DNA of 64,000 nucleotides from the NCBI GenBank assembly GCA_951406725.2, contig OX597815.1, forward strand, positions 62,186,001 through 62,250,000. Reading direction: 5' to 3'. This document shows, one piece after another, positions 1-13,169 of this stretch (position 1 is its first letter; every line of letters starts with the position of its first letter). The stretch comes from Octopus vulgaris (Eukaryota). The notes beneath the pieces are model-generated. The model made no database searches. It was not told the origin of the DNA and saw nothing but the letters and a program-made list of their open reading frames with translations. Position numbers and translations under genes: made by a program.

Positions 1-780
1 TCCCCATTAGAAGAGGAATATTCCAGGGAGACACGCTCTCTCCACTCCTTTTCTGCTTGGCACTGTCACCTCTATCTGATATGCTAAATAGAACTGGATG
101 CGGATATAAAGGTTACGGCAAAACGATCAGCCACCTTTTATATATGGATTACCTAAAACTATACGCTGTAAATGACAAACAGCTGGAAGCACTATTAAAG
201 ACCGTTCATGGATTTACCAAAAGAAATAGCTATGAAATTTGGATTAGAAAAATGCGCCAAAGTAACCCTGAAAAGAGGAAAACTAGTTAAGAGTAGCAAC
301 ATCACACTAGATAAAACCAATGAAATAAAAGAGTTAGACCAAAGCCAAACTTACAAATACTTAGGAATCCATGAACTAGATAAGACACAACAAACACAAA
401 TGAAAGACAAAATAAAAAAAGAATATTATAGACGAATTAAATCAATACTAAAATCAGAGCTCAATGCTAAAAACAAGATAATAGGTATTAACACATTAGC
501 TGTCCCAGTTATAAGTTACAGCAACAATATCCTTAAATGAACTGACCAAAATAGATTGGAAAACAAGAAAAATAATGACAGGATCTAGGATGCATCACCC
601 AAAATCTGACATAGAAAGACTATATATACAACGTATAGAAGGTGGTAGAGGCCTTATACAGCTGGAAAACTACTATAAAATAACCACCATAGGACTGCAA
701 AAATATCTACTTCAGAAGGAAGGAAAACTGATACAAATAGCGGCAAAACACGAGCAAAACAAAAAACTGTTCTCAGTATT
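1..780 (+). mobile_element. R4/Dong-clade non-LTR retrotransposon RT fragment, frameshifted, runs off the window start
   Basis: Translates across frames to GIFQGDTLSPLLFCLAL, ISHLLYMDYLKLY (YMDD site decayed), MKFGLEKCAKVTLKRGK, YKYLGI, INTLAVPVISYS, HHPKSDIERLY...GGRGL, which are typical R4/Dong RT and thumb motifs. Confidence 0.9.
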
Positions 781-842
781 TAATACAACTCTGCTGTTGA
801 ATGCTCTCGTATTTTGTATTATGAGCTTTAAGCAATCTTCTT

Positions 843-927
843 TTGTATGTCTGTCTGTCTCTCCCTCTCAATCAATCAATCACTCAATCAATGAATCAAG
901 CAATTAATCAAGCAATGAAACGATTGG

Positions 928-1010
<83 letters not shown>

Positions 1011-1542
1011 GTCTGTCTGTCTGTCTGTATGTATGTATGTCTGTCTGTCCGCTTGTCTGTCTGTCTATCCATCTCTCTGTCTCACCTCTTCTTTCTATGT
1101 CTGTCTCTCCCTCTTACTCTCTCTCTCTGTAGATATCTGCATGCTTTCATGCATGCGTTCACTCACGTGTGTGTGTGTATGTGTGTGTGTGTGTGTGTGT
1201 TTTACAGAACCTTTTCTGAATGAAAGCAGATTATTGATGTGTGTATGTGTGTATACGCGTGTGAATATAGGTGTACATAAATATATACGAGCGAGTGCGT
1301 GCGTATGAGTAGGTGCTTATGAGGCGGTTAACCATCAGGTGGCGCTTTTGTACTTCTAGCGTCATTAATGATGAATTAGGATTTAAAAAACTAATGGAAT
1401 TTTTCTCACTTGCTAAATTCCGTCATTACTCATTGCTCTTCCTTCTGTCTTCCTTCATTATAAATACCCAGACACGGAGATACAGACATGCACACACACA
1501 CGTACATACATACATACATACATACATACATACATACATACA

Positions 1543-1573
<31 letters not shown>

Positions 1574-1606
1574 GTGCATGCATGTACATGTATCCATGTG
1601 TATGTA

Positions 1607-1640
<34 letters not shown>
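843..1640. repeat. Compound microsatellites (TCAA)n, (TATC)n, (TGTC)n, (TG)n, (CATA)n, (TA)n
   Basis: Direct reading. Confidence 0.95.
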
Positions 1641-1641
<1 letters not shown>

Positions 1642-1869
1642 GCACTCTTTTCTACTGTTTTCTTTGCTACTTCTTTCTTTCTTTCTTACTTTTTATTCTG
1701 TCTTTATTTCTACACTCATTACATGATTAAAACTCGAAGAAAAAAAATTTAGATGAAGACGGGGTTGTCATTTTCAAGATGTCACGTTGTTTAAAAATGT
1801 TCATCTTCGCTAGCACCACCAGCATCACAACAACCATCACCACCACAATCACAGCCACCACTATAATAT

Positions 1870-2180
1870 TCTTCTTCTTCTTCTTCTTCTTCTTCTTCTT
1901 CTTCTTCTTCTTCTTCTTCTTCTTCTTCTTCTTCTTCTTCTTCTTCTTCCTCCTCCTCCCCCTCCTCTTCCTCACCATCATTATATTCTTCCTCCTACTT
2001 TTCTTCCTGTCCTCTTCCTTCTTCTTCTTCTTCTTCTTCTTCTTCTTCTCTTTCTTCTTCTTCTTCTTCTTCTTCTTCTTCTTCTTCTTCTTCTTCTTCT
2101 TCTTCTCCTTCTTCTTCTTCTTCTTCTTCTTCTTCTTCTTCTTCCCCCTCCTCCTCCTCCTCATCATCATCATCATTATA

Positions 2181-2217
<37 letters not shown>
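1870..2217. repeat. (CTT)n/(CCT)n/(CAT)n compound microsatellite abutting the 3' end of a Dong-like element
   Basis: Direct reading. Confidence 0.95.
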
Positions 2218-2218
<1 letters not shown>

Positions 2219-5200
2219 TGCCTTTGCACAGCTTCTAACGCTGGAGATATACTACGGTGTTAGCTGTTCACAACCAGTGAACTAAGATAACACCTCTTAT
2301 GTTTCGAGCACCTTCCGGAGTATTCGATTGGTTCCAAGCAGTGCTGTTTTCTGCAAGTGTTCCACTCTTATTGCAGCCCCTATTTGTTCTATGTACCTCT
2401 CGAGATTTTTACTCACTGCTCCCAGGGCTCCGACAATTATTGGTACTACTACCACCTTTTTCATCGACCACAACTGCTTAACCCCCCAAGCTAACTTATC
2501 ATATCTATCGACTTTTCTTCCTTATCGCATACCTTGTTGTCAGCTGGGCATGCTATAACTATGATCCAGCATAGTTTGCTTTCTTTCTCAATGAAGACTA
2601 TGCCTGGCTTCCTATTCTCTATCACATGGTCACAATGAATCATAAAATCCCACAGGATCTTTGCATTATCATTTTCGATGATGCCTTCGGGTTTGTGTTC
2701 GTACCACTTTTTTGCTCAGTCAAGTCCATACTTGTTGCAAAGTGTTCAATGGACAATACTTGCTCTGTTGTCATGGCGTCTCTTATATTCTTTCTGGGGT
2801 AGTGGCGTACATTGACTGGTAATATGCCATACGGTTTCATCATTTTGTCCACAAATTCTGCACTTATCACTTTTTTATGCGTTGTCTATTCTGTAGTTTA
2901 TGTAGTTTGTTCTTAGTGCTTGCTCTTTTTCCTCTTTCTGTCTTATCTTCAACATCCCTATGAAATTGTCCATGCATTCTTTTCTTTATCCACCTATTTT
3001 CATTTTCCTTCGTTTTCAATTGCTTGTACATTGCTTTATCTTTTCAATCTTTCATCATACACATGCCCTGACCTTCTTACTCCTGATTATAGCGGTTCTG
3101 TGGCATTTTTTTTACATACAATGCTATGTTGTTTTCTTCTGCTCTAATACTGTGTTCGCATCCAATCAGTCCTCTTCCCCCTCTTTTTCTTGGTATATAC
3201 AGTCTGTCTGTGTCACTTTTTGGTTAGAGTGTTCCATATATAGTTAGCAACTTCATTGTCTTTCTATCTAAGCTGTTAAGTTCGTCTACTGAAATCGCTC
3301 AGGTGTTGATTGCTTCAATCTTATGCCGTCCGTTTAATTTTCGACTTAAAGATCAGTTTCAGTCTGCACAAGTACTCCACCTTAAATTTTGCTGTCAATT
3401 CCTTCTCCATCAATTTATCCATTTCCCAAATCCCCATGTACTTGTAGCCCGTCTCTTCTATCTGCTTCATAACCTCCCCCGACAGTATCGATAGCCCGTC
3501 CATACATTTAATTTTGCCTCTATTCAAAACTTACACACCACACTTTCTCAGTCCGAACTTCATTCTGATATCAGCACTGAAAGTATACGCCATATCAACG
3601 AGGGAACTGATTTGGGATTCATCTTTACCGTAAAGTTTGAGGTCATCCATGAATAATAAATGGTTCACTTTTCGTTGGTGGCTTTTGTATACATACCCGG
3701 CTTTTGCTTTCCTCAGAATCTGTGTTAGTCGTATCAAACACAGTACAAAGATCATAGGGACAGTAAGTCCCCTTGGAAATGCCCCTCCTCATTTCTACTG
3801 TCCCTAACTTCTTCCATATGCTGTCTAGTCCGTCCTCCAGTTTGCCATCCTTTTTCCAAGCAATAGCTCAACATTCGATGCAATACTAAATGGGTTCATA
3901 CATTCCATTATCCAAGACTGTGGTATCATATAGTCGATCCATGACATGGCTAAGTTACTTTTCCTCCTCTTGCAGTCTCTTAGTACAGTTTTGTCTATCA
4001 GGAGTTGATCCTTGGTATCTGTGCACTTACGCTTGCAACCCTTTTGCTCATGTGGCAGGACTCCATTTTTCCAGATGTTCGTACATTGGCTCTGCGAATG
4101 TTCCAGTCAATAATTTCCACGTAAGTGGCAAACAGGAAATCGGCCTCTAATTGTCTATCGTATTGCATTTTTCGATGTTTTTCAAGCACAGCACTGTCCT
4201 ACCCAATGTCAATTTCTCTAGTGTTACTTGGTCGGCATTTAAAAAAAGTGTTGGAATTGCGCAGCTATTCGTGCATGACATTCGCCAAAACTTTTGATCC
4301 AGTAGCATTGAACTCCATCTGGTCCTGGGGCCTTCCAGCTGCTCATTTTTTTGCTGATTTTCTTCACTTTCCTAACTGTAATAACTAGTTCTGCTTGTTT
4401 TGGACAGACTACTGTTTGTTTCAGTTCTTGAAACCATTCAGCATTCTTCTTGTGCTCCTTGTTTTTGTTCCATATGTCACTCCAAAACCTTTGACTTTCA
4501 TTGTTATCTGGTATCAACATTTCACCTGTACACTCTATTTATTTCTTTATAGAATCTCTTCTGATCTACTCTGAATAACCTATTCTGGTGGTAACCATTA
4601 TTTGGTCGTATCTTATTATCTTTGCTTTCTTTGCAACGAGGCGCTGTTTCAGTTCCTCCATTACCACTTTCGGGCACTTTCAATATTATACTTCCTTTTC
4701 ACCTCCCTGTATTTTTGTTCGCTTTTAAGCCCCACTTTTTCTTTTCGGTCTAACACAGAAATTTCCTCCGAGGGCATGTTTAACCCTGCCTGGATTTTTC
4801 TTTTTCACCATGGATCTTTTCTTTTGTCACTCCCATTGTATTTCTTTTTCTTGACATCAACACCCACGTTTTCTGCTACGACAATACTTGCTACCTTGAC
4901 TGAAATTATTTGTTTCTGTGATGTTGTTTGTTCTGATGTATTTCAGAATTTCATTGACATTTTTCGTTTCTCGGTTCAATTTCCAGCGATCAACCCTTTA
5001 AAGGTTGTCGCTATCGTTCTCCTGTAGTCTTGCCTTCATTCTGTCGTAGATTGCCTTTTGTACATCTGTCATGTCACCACCAGTTTTATTGTCTTCTTCT
5101 AGATCATCTATATGTCTTTCATCAGGTAAATTACCACTGTTCCTTTCCTGTGCTATGAGATTACTTTTATCTCTGCTGCTATTTTCCAAGACCCGTCTTT

Positions 5201-5900
5201 TGATAGCTCCGAGCTTTACTGCTGTGAACCAATGATTTTTTCGTATTGCTCTTACTTGATCACATAGTCTCTGTTCCGTGAGTTGAAACAAACCCTTTTC
5301 CCTCCAATGAGGGAAAATTTGAACACCATTTTCATATACCGGGTTGCTCAGATAGTAACACTCCATGACCACAGCATTAAATTTGCTTGCTCCATATACG
5401 CCGTGTGTGGTGGTCCCTTTCTGGAGCCGGACCAGAATCTCTGAGCCTACCGGGTGTAACGCTATCACCATCAATGGCTTCAGTTTTATTACCACTATTA
5501 TTCACAGTATTTTGTTTTTCATTGTCACTCATATGAGGTAGCGATTATCAGGTTGCGCAATTACCAGTGTGTTTATTGTGACACCATCACTAGATGTATC
5601 ATTAATTAGGGCATGAGGAGACGCCACCCGCTTCCTTTCATTATTATTGTTATTATCATCTTTGATATCACTGATATTATCGTTATTATTTTTTTTACTA
5701 TTTGTGATTGTTATATTAACAGACTCAGAGGTTACACAGGCCTCTGCAAGACAGGAGTGGCACCAATTTCCAGCGATGTTCAAATGGACAGCCGCATAGA
5801 AAATTACACTATTTGATCTGGTCTTCCTCAGCGATGTTCTGCCATGCTGAACGACTTTCACTTGTAATCTTCGGTGAACAGGCTCTTCTTCAGTCTTCTA
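2218..5900 (-). mobile_element. Near full-length decayed R4/Dong-clade non-LTR retrotransposon (RT plus REL endonuclease)
   Basis: Minus-strand peptides: VMECYY...LTEQRLCDQVRAIRKN (N-terminus), FWSDIW, WKAPGPDGVQCYWIK, VNHLLFMDDLKLYG, MKFGLRKC, GYKYMGIWE, and C-terminal HLQKTALLGTNRILRKVLET-stop at about 2298; many stops and frameshifts; 5' boundary approximate. Confidence 0.9.
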
Positions 5901-6112
5901 TCGCCGTTATCAAGTACTGCATTTATTGTTGTAATTGTTGTATCTATGTGTAGTCGTAGCATTAGCGGCAGCAGCAGTAGTAGGGGTGGAGGTAGTTGTA
6001 GTTGTGGTAATTAGGCCTCAGATTCCTGTGCTATCAGAATAGTAGTAGTTGCATACTTAGCAGCTGCAGCATATTATCATTATTTTTATTTTTATCATTA
6101 TCACCATCACCT

Positions 6113-6113
<1 letters not shown>

Positions 6114-6199
<86 letters not shown>

Positions 6200-6224
6200 T
6201 TATTATTATTATTATTATTATTAT
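6114..6224. repeat. (CTA)n(TTA)n microsatellite
   Basis: Direct reading. Confidence 0.95.
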
Positions 6225-6510
6225 AGAGTGAAAGAGCAGTGCATGCCATCAAATTGACACTGAGGTAAAATATACAAATCCCAGTATACCCCTCACGACT
6301 ACGTCAGGCACATTCATCACAACTATATGTGCGCAACATGGGAATCTCATATCAAGATTAACAGCGCATTATCTTGCAGGTGGGGCCCAGTCACAATTTT
6401 CTTCCGGTTGAGAAGCCCTTCCCGCTCAAAACATCCCTGAATAAGGTTTTTTTTAAGGATGATGAACGACATGCCCATGTTTCCAAATGTGAATTATCCA
6501 AACCCCATTT
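6225..6510 (-). mobile_element. Interspersed retroposon 3' part with (TAA)n tail; same family as 15866-16215 and 8490-8711
   Basis: Aligns by eye over about 280 bp with 15866-16160 (gagagcagtgcatgccatcaaa...gtgaattatccaaacc); both copies abut (ATT)n at the same end. Confidence 0.8.
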
Positions 6511-6529
6511 GCGGGCTGGACAAACACAT

Positions 6530-7910
6530 TAATGAATGAAAATGAAATAGAATGAATAAATGAGAGACGAAACCCAACACCCGCCGATTGGATTTTTCTC
6601 GAAAACATATTTTCTTTTTTTAAAAATTCATATGAGGTTTCAAACCTCTTACAAGAAGGAGGAACTAAAACCTCTTACTTAACATGTTTTTTTTAAAACA
6701 CACAACTGAGGTTATGAACCACTACAAATAATACAATAAGATGAGGTTTCAAACCCTATAACGAGGGTCTTTCACCTCCTACTCTTCGATATATCCATCG
6801 ATATATTCATCATTATCTTCAATGCCGCTTGAGTTCCTGTATCCCGCCATTTCCCATGCCTCACTTATGTAGGACATGTAAGTCGTGTAAGGGCACCCGG
6901 CCATATGCGACAGTCCTCCCCAAATCCTTTAAGCCTTTCCCACAAGGGAAACCTTATGACCTCCACAGCTATCTGCGGAGGCCATTCGGGATCCCGTATG
7001 AAGGGAATATCTACTGTCTCTTTATGTTCATCTACTATTTTTCCACCTCCCCGCCCTTATAGACAAAGATAATTAATTGATCATCTTTAAGGGTAGGGGT
7101 GATTTCTTCCACCGTGGGTGGCACAACTTCGGGACATGCAGACGGCACATCATCTCCCCGCTTTGATGAACCGTTCTTCTTTTTTTTCTTTTCTTCCCGA
7201 CTTCGGGAGAGTGGAGCTCTTCCGCTTTGTCCGGAGACTCTCCCCCGCCTCCCGAAGCCTTAGGTTCCTTCGGCGGGCAACTATTGTTGCCCGCCTTCTT
7301 CCTTTTTAATCCTTTTTGAGTTGAGGAGGCTGAAGCCTCCTCGACCACATCCACCTCTCGCTTTGACCGGGTGGAGGAGGTGGCATCTAATGACTGTTCC
7401 AGGACCTTACCATGGTCCTGGGGGCAGTTCCTTTTAATGTGGCCTGGCTGCAGGCACGAGTGACACTTGGGGGGACGTCCCTCAAGTATCATCGGATACT
7501 CGAAGCCGGCCATTTTCAAGAAATCTGGAAAAACCAGATCTGTTGCGGCCGATGGGGTCCACAGGGTCAAAATCGCTTTTGACCCTTCCCAATCGACCGC
7601 CGGCAATACCCTTACATTTAAGAGCCTGGGGCCGCCATCCCCCAGTCCCCGTCAGATGGTATCTTCAATCCAATCCACTTCGGTGTCTGGGGGCAACCCA
7701 CATACCCAGGCTCTTATTAATTTCTGGGTTTCTGGTTAGTAACCCGTCATCATATAAACAAAGGCAGAAGAAAAGACGTCGCTAAAGTGACTAAGAGTAC
7801 TAGTTAGCACCAGCATTGCTAGAAATAAGAGTCAAAACAACTCATAACCATGAGAAAGCACTTATCTGATGACTGACAACGGAGGCACGCTCCTTACAAC
7901 TTCCGGAACA
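6530..7910 (-). mobile_element. ORF1-only (RRM-like plus CCHC zinc knuckle) retroelement, L1/Tx1 ORF1-like, decayed
   Basis: ORF 7073-7606 contains MILEGRPPKCHSCLQPGHIKRNC (CX2CX4HX4C); upstream RAWVCGLPPDTEVDWIEDTI; basic low-complexity C-terminus; no endonuclease or RT downstream. Confidence 0.7.
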
Positions 7911-7945
7911 CAAAAAAACACACACATGCCTGTGTGTGTGTGTGT

Positions 7946-8201
7946 GAAGCACATGGTTTAGTAGTTAGGCATTCAGCTCACGATGGTAAGGTCGTGAGTT
8001 CAATTCCCTGCGACGCGTTGTATCCTTAAGCAAGACACTTTATTTCATGTTGTTCCAGTCCACTCAGCTGACAAAAATCAGTAGTTGCTGTATTTCAAAA
8101 GGCCAGCCTTGTCACACTCTGTGTCTCGCTGAACCCCGCTGAGAACTACGTTAAGGGTACATGTGTCTGTGGAGTACTCAGTCACTTGCACGTTAATTTC
8201 A
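7946..8201 (+). mobile_element. tRNA-derived SINE (head A plus tail X), 3' truncated
   Basis: A box-like tggtttagtagtta, B box-like gagttcaattcc, central ccagtccactcagctg, tail gccagccttgtcacac...cacttgcacgttaatttca shared with 18158-18340. Confidence 0.85.
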
Positions 8202-8237
8202 TCACAGTCATGTGCTTAGAAGAATTCTTTGGGGTTT

Positions 8238-8251
8238 GGTGATGGTGATGG

Positions 8252-8292
<41 letters not shown>

Positions 8293-8456
8293 GTGATGGT
8301 GGTGGTGGTGGTGGTGATGGTGATTGTGATGGTGATGATGATGATGATGATGGTGATGGTGATGGTGATGGTGGTGGTGGTGGTGGTGGTGATGGTGATG
8401 GTGATGGTGATGATGATGGTGATGATGATGATGATGGTGATGATGATGACGATGAC

Positions 8457-8489
<33 letters not shown>
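8238..8489. repeat. (GAT)n/(GGT)n microsatellite
   Basis: Direct reading. Confidence 0.95.
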
Positions 8490-8490
<1 letters not shown>

Positions 8491-8711
8491 TCCTGATACT
8501 GTACCAGACAGTGGCTTTCATGGCTTCTCATCTTAACTGATTAGAAGCAATTATTGGAAGCTATAGCAAATATCCTGCTCAGTACCCCACAGATTTGTTT
8601 GTTAGTTGTTTGACCACAACCAGTTGAGCATGACCCTTAGTAGCTGAGAATATGTGCATCTCTGATCGTGAGAAGTGGCGGAGGAGCATCACAGTCATGT
8701 GCTTAGAAGAA
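8490..8711 (+). mobile_element. Upstream part of the retroposon family seen at 6225-6510 and 15866-16215
   Basis: 8660-8711 matches the reverse complement of 16160-16215 (ggagcatca.agccatgtg...gaa). Confidence 0.6.
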
Positions 8712-8754
8712 CTCACTCTTTGTACTGTCTATGATGACAAATTTTATGAAATAA

Positions 8755-8914
8755 AGTAGCTTGCTTACCAACCATATGGTTCCGGGTTCGGTCCCACTGC
8801 GTGGCACCTTGGGCAAGTGCCTTCTACTATAGCCTCGGGCCGACCAAAGCCTTGTGAGTGGATTTGGTAGACGAAAACTGAAAGAAGCCCGTCGTATATA
8901 TGCATATGTATATA

Positions 8915-8962
<48 letters not shown>

Positions 8963-9147
8963 TCCCCCCAAACATCGCTTGACAACCAATGCTGGTGTGT
9001 TTACGTCCCCGTAACTTAGCGGTTCGACAAAAGAGACCGATAGAATAAGTACTAGGCTTACAAAGAATAAGTCTTCGAGTCGATTTGCTCGACTAAAGGC
9101 AGTGCTCCAGTATAACCGCAGTCAAATGACTGAAACAAGTAAAAGAG
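8755..9147 (+). mobile_element. Abundant tRNA-derived SINE family C with internal (TA)/(TG) microsatellite
   Basis: ccgggttcggtccc B box-like, ccttgggcaagtg (CORE-like) segment, gtgagtggatttggtagacg, tail cgcagtcaaatgactgaaacaagtaaaagag; at least 10 copies in the window. Confidence 0.9.
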
Positions 9148-9637
9148 CATAGGAAATTCTTGTGTTCTTGAACCCCCAAAATCGCCTTACTCGATCACGA
9201 ATCGACTTACACACATACGCTGGCGCGCGCACACACGCTTACACTCACACACACACTCATAAATATATTATTTATTCGCTTAGGTATAGCGAACTAATGA
9301 GCTGGTGTTAAAACTCAATATACATATGCTTCCGAGCATAGTATCAATCAAGTATAGAGCAAGTTAAAGCGACATAGGAATAAAAAATTATGTCACGACT
9401 TCCTTACCTTACAGCTGTTTCTGGTATAAGATGCAACGTACTCATTGTTGAATGTTTGTACATCACCCTATAGCTTTATCGGAGCTATAACAGGAAGTGC
9501 AATTTTATTTGGGAAAACCTTTACATTTATACAGATACACAGAAAAGCATTGTCAAGGAAAAGAAATGATATAAACATAAGTAGGAAATAAATTCGGAAG
9601 AGAGTTTGAAATTTTCTTGTATATATATATGCGTGTA

Positions 9638-9668
<31 letters not shown>

Positions 9669-9846
9669 ATGAATGCACACACATACACACACACACACAC
9701 AGAGTAATAAGAAAGCGTAATTGGTATTTTTAAGCTTTATATAACAAATGCGCTTTTGTGCAAGCCGATTAGCGCGGTTGCGCAACACTATTTGCGTGCT
9801 TCCTCGGTATTAGCAACAAAGAATACCGCACACTTTAAAATTATAC

Positions 9847-9877
<31 letters not shown>

Positions 9878-9916
9878 CATATGTGTATGTGTGTGTGTGT
9901 GTGTGTATCTCTCTCC

Positions 9917-9958
<42 letters not shown>

Positions 9959-10164
9959 GGCCACAGACAAAAAAAGTAAAGGAATAAAAGAATAAGAGAA
10001 TACACACACATACACACACTCACACACACACACACATATATATACGTACGAATACTTGCGTGTTTATTAATGCATGCATGCAATCAGTATCTTTAATCAC
10101 CCCGGTGGTCGATAAATTACAATATCGAATATTAAATACTAGAGATCAATAAAATCCTCCTTTT

Positions 10165-10805
10165 GAGGACATCTGTCCTCAGCAGCTGGATTATTCTTCA
10201 ACTATGGTCAACACACAGTGTCAATTTAGTAGCAGAACTCAAGGCAGTTCAGCGGTGCTACGCCAAGATGGTTGCACCAATGAAACGCTTGAGCTGTTCG
10301 GAGACACTGAAAGAATTGCGATTCTACTCTCTACAGCAAACACGAGGGAATTATGCGGTGATATACATGTAGAAGATCCTAGAGAGGCTGACAAAACTTT
10401 GGTTAACTTTCGCATCGAGAGTTATAGTATCCCCCGGACAGGACGCCATTGCACTGTTCCAAAGGTCCTACCTATCTCGTCTAGAGTAAAGAACGGGTAT
10501 TGCAATAGCTTGGGATTGAAAGGCTCCACAGCTATTTATTTTATCTTGCTAAAACCCTGAAAGATCTACATGGAGTGAGGGTAGATGTTCTAAAGAAGTG
10601 CCTTGACCTTCTGCATTCCAAAATCTCAGATAAGCCAACATCACGACAAGAAACTTAAACGGGGGCAATCATATCAAACTCCATCATTCTCCAAAAGCCA
10701 ACCGCAATTGAAAACATGATGCGCAAAAGGAATTGCAAAGATGATGATACTGACGATGCCCCAGTATGGCCACAGTCTTCTGGCTGAAACGCGTTAAAAG
10801 AGTAA
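10165..10805 (+). mobile_element. CR1/L2-type LINE 3' fragment
   Basis: QLDYS.QLWSTH...ELKAVQRCYAKMV..MKRLSCSETLKELRFYSLQQTR...IY.KIL matches the CR1-group ORF2 C-terminal pattern (LEY...WSP...LE.VQRR.T...LSY.ERL..L.L.SL..RR). Confidence 0.8.
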
Positions 10806-11114
10806 AGTAGTAACTATCCCCTAAAATCGAGGACCTGCGTCTACATTAGAAATCGATATTTCTCTTCGACCTCATCCTTGTCTTTACTATCAGCTATTTC
10901 TAAAAATGGTGTTAGCCTTGTCGCTAACTTATAAATTTGAAAACCATTTATTCCAGAGAAGAGATGATATACAAAAAATCTGTCGTCCGTTTCTCTGTCT
11001 GTCAGTTTTTTTTTGCATACACACACAGACTTTCTCTCTCTCTCTCACTCTTTCTACAGTTATACAACCGACTCGGCGAAATAATGACAACCAGCTTACC
11101 TGATATATATATAT

Positions 11115-11147
<33 letters not shown>

Positions 11148-11149
11148 CG

Positions 11150-11365
11150 TTCTTTCTTTTTCTTGTTTCAGTCATTTGACTGCGGTCACACTGGACCACC
11201 ACCTTGAAGGGTTATAGTCGAACAAATCGACCCCAGGACTTATTTTTTAAAGCCTACTACTTATTCTATCGGCCTCACTTGCTGAATTGCTAATTTACGA
11301 GACCAACACCGGTTGTGAAGCGGTGATTGGGGGGGGGGGGACAAACACAAACACAAAGACACACA
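11150..11365 (-). mobile_element. SINE family C, 3' half
   Basis: cttgtttcagtcatttgactgcgg...cgaccccaggacttatt...acttattctatcgg. Confidence 0.85.
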
Positions 11366-11711
11366 AACACATAGATATATACACATAAGGACATGGTTGA
11401 CTGATTGACCAGTCAATAATTACACTTATGAAAGCTAATAGAATCTAAGGCAACATAAAACGTTGAGAATCAAGTGACATTTTTGAAAATACAAGATATT
11501 TACTGTTTCTAACAAACTTAATCCATCAAGATTCAAATAACTCCATACACTTTAGTTTTCTGCTAGAAGCTGAACACATAGTTGTAGGCAGATCCATCAT
11601 TCCTGTTATACGAAATATCAGAATATATTATGAAGTTTATAAGTTTCTTAGGTTTAGAGGAAAACTTTCTTCTTCTTCTTCTTCTTCTTCTTCTTCTTCT
11701 TCTTCTTCTTC

Positions 11712-11779
<68 letters not shown>

Positions 11780-11807
11780 GTGATGATAATGATGATGATG
11801 ATGATGA

Positions 11808-12445
11808 TTGGCGAACTGGTAGAATTGTTACTGTGCTACGCAAAATGCTTAGTGTTATTTCGTCCGTCCTTACATCCAAATTCCTCCGAGAAAAACTTTG
11901 CCTTTCATCCTTTCGATAAAATAAATACCAGTTGAACACAGGGGTCGATGTAATCGGTTTACCCCTCAACCATATTGCTGGCCTTGGCCAAAATTTGGAA
12001 CCATTATTATTTTTGTGGCGGCGAGTTGGCACAATTGACAGCACACCAAACAAAATGCTTAACGACATTTCGTCCGTCAATAAGTTCTGGGTTCAAATTC
12101 CGCCGGAGTTCATTTAGCTTTTCATTCTTTCAGGGTCGATAAAATAGTTACCAGGCGAGCACTTAGGTCGATTCAATCAACTCAACCATGCCCCAAAATT
12201 TCAGGCCTTATGAATGAAAGGATTATTATTTTTTGTAATAATCCTTTCTACTAAAGGCACAAGGCCTGGAAATTGGCGAGAGAGAACTAGTCGATTATAT
12301 CGATCCCAGTGTTTCACTGGTATTTATTTTCTCGACCCCGCAAGGATGAAAGGTAAAGTTAATCTCGGTGGAATTTGAACTCAGAATGTGTAGACGGACG
12401 AAATACTGTTAAGCATTTCGCCCAGAGCGCAAACAATTCTGCTAG
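11808..12445. mobile_element. Cluster of three SINE family M copies (11808-12000 +, 12015-12220 +, 12240-12445 -)
   Basis: Shared ggcgagctggcagaa head, gttcaaattcc B box, central gcctttcatcctttcggggtcgataaaataaatacca. Confidence 0.85.
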
Positions 12446-13097
12446 TAATAATTTTTATTTTTAACTTTCGTATGTAAAGTTTGTATCTTGAAGCAAGGGT
12501 CTGCGAAAAGACTACCACCATTATTGGACAATAAATTCTAGAGGAGTAACTTAAAAACTCAAAGAATTATAAATCTACCCAATGTCAATAAACTCTTCAT
12601 AAAACTATCTCAGCAAAAAGACAACGAGGAATTCCTGCTAAAAATACCCGCTAAATCTCATCCAAATCTTACTCTACCTTCGTAAAAATAGAGAATAGTG
12701 AAAAAGGCGGGATGGTCACAGCTGAGACAGTTCTGCTGGATTAGAGATAACCAGGGGTTAATCAATAACATCGATAAAAAGGATTAACTTTTTTCGGAAA
12801 TTAAATGATTTTATATGGAATAACGTCAGATTGAGGAACAAGCCAAAAGACAGCTCCAAAAGTAAGGATAGACAAGGAGTTGAGAATGGATTATCGCATA
12901 AAAGAAATCCATCAGTTACTGATATACTGATCAATAACTCTTTAACTGAATATATTCGATCAATGAACCAATAATCTATTGATAAAAGCTCCAGCTCATC
13001 CAGGTTTGTTAGCAGTTAGCAGTTATATATATGTGTGCGTGTGTATGTATATCTTTATACACACACTCACACACGCGCGCTCGCAAACCCGTAGCAC

Positions 13098-13153
<56 letters not shown>

Positions 13154-13169
13154 CATATATATATATATA

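Noticed and set aside
10747-10800. CTGACGA...GAAACGCGTT resembling a hammerhead
   Set aside because: No stem I pairing, and the segment is explained as the LINE/SINE 3' tail
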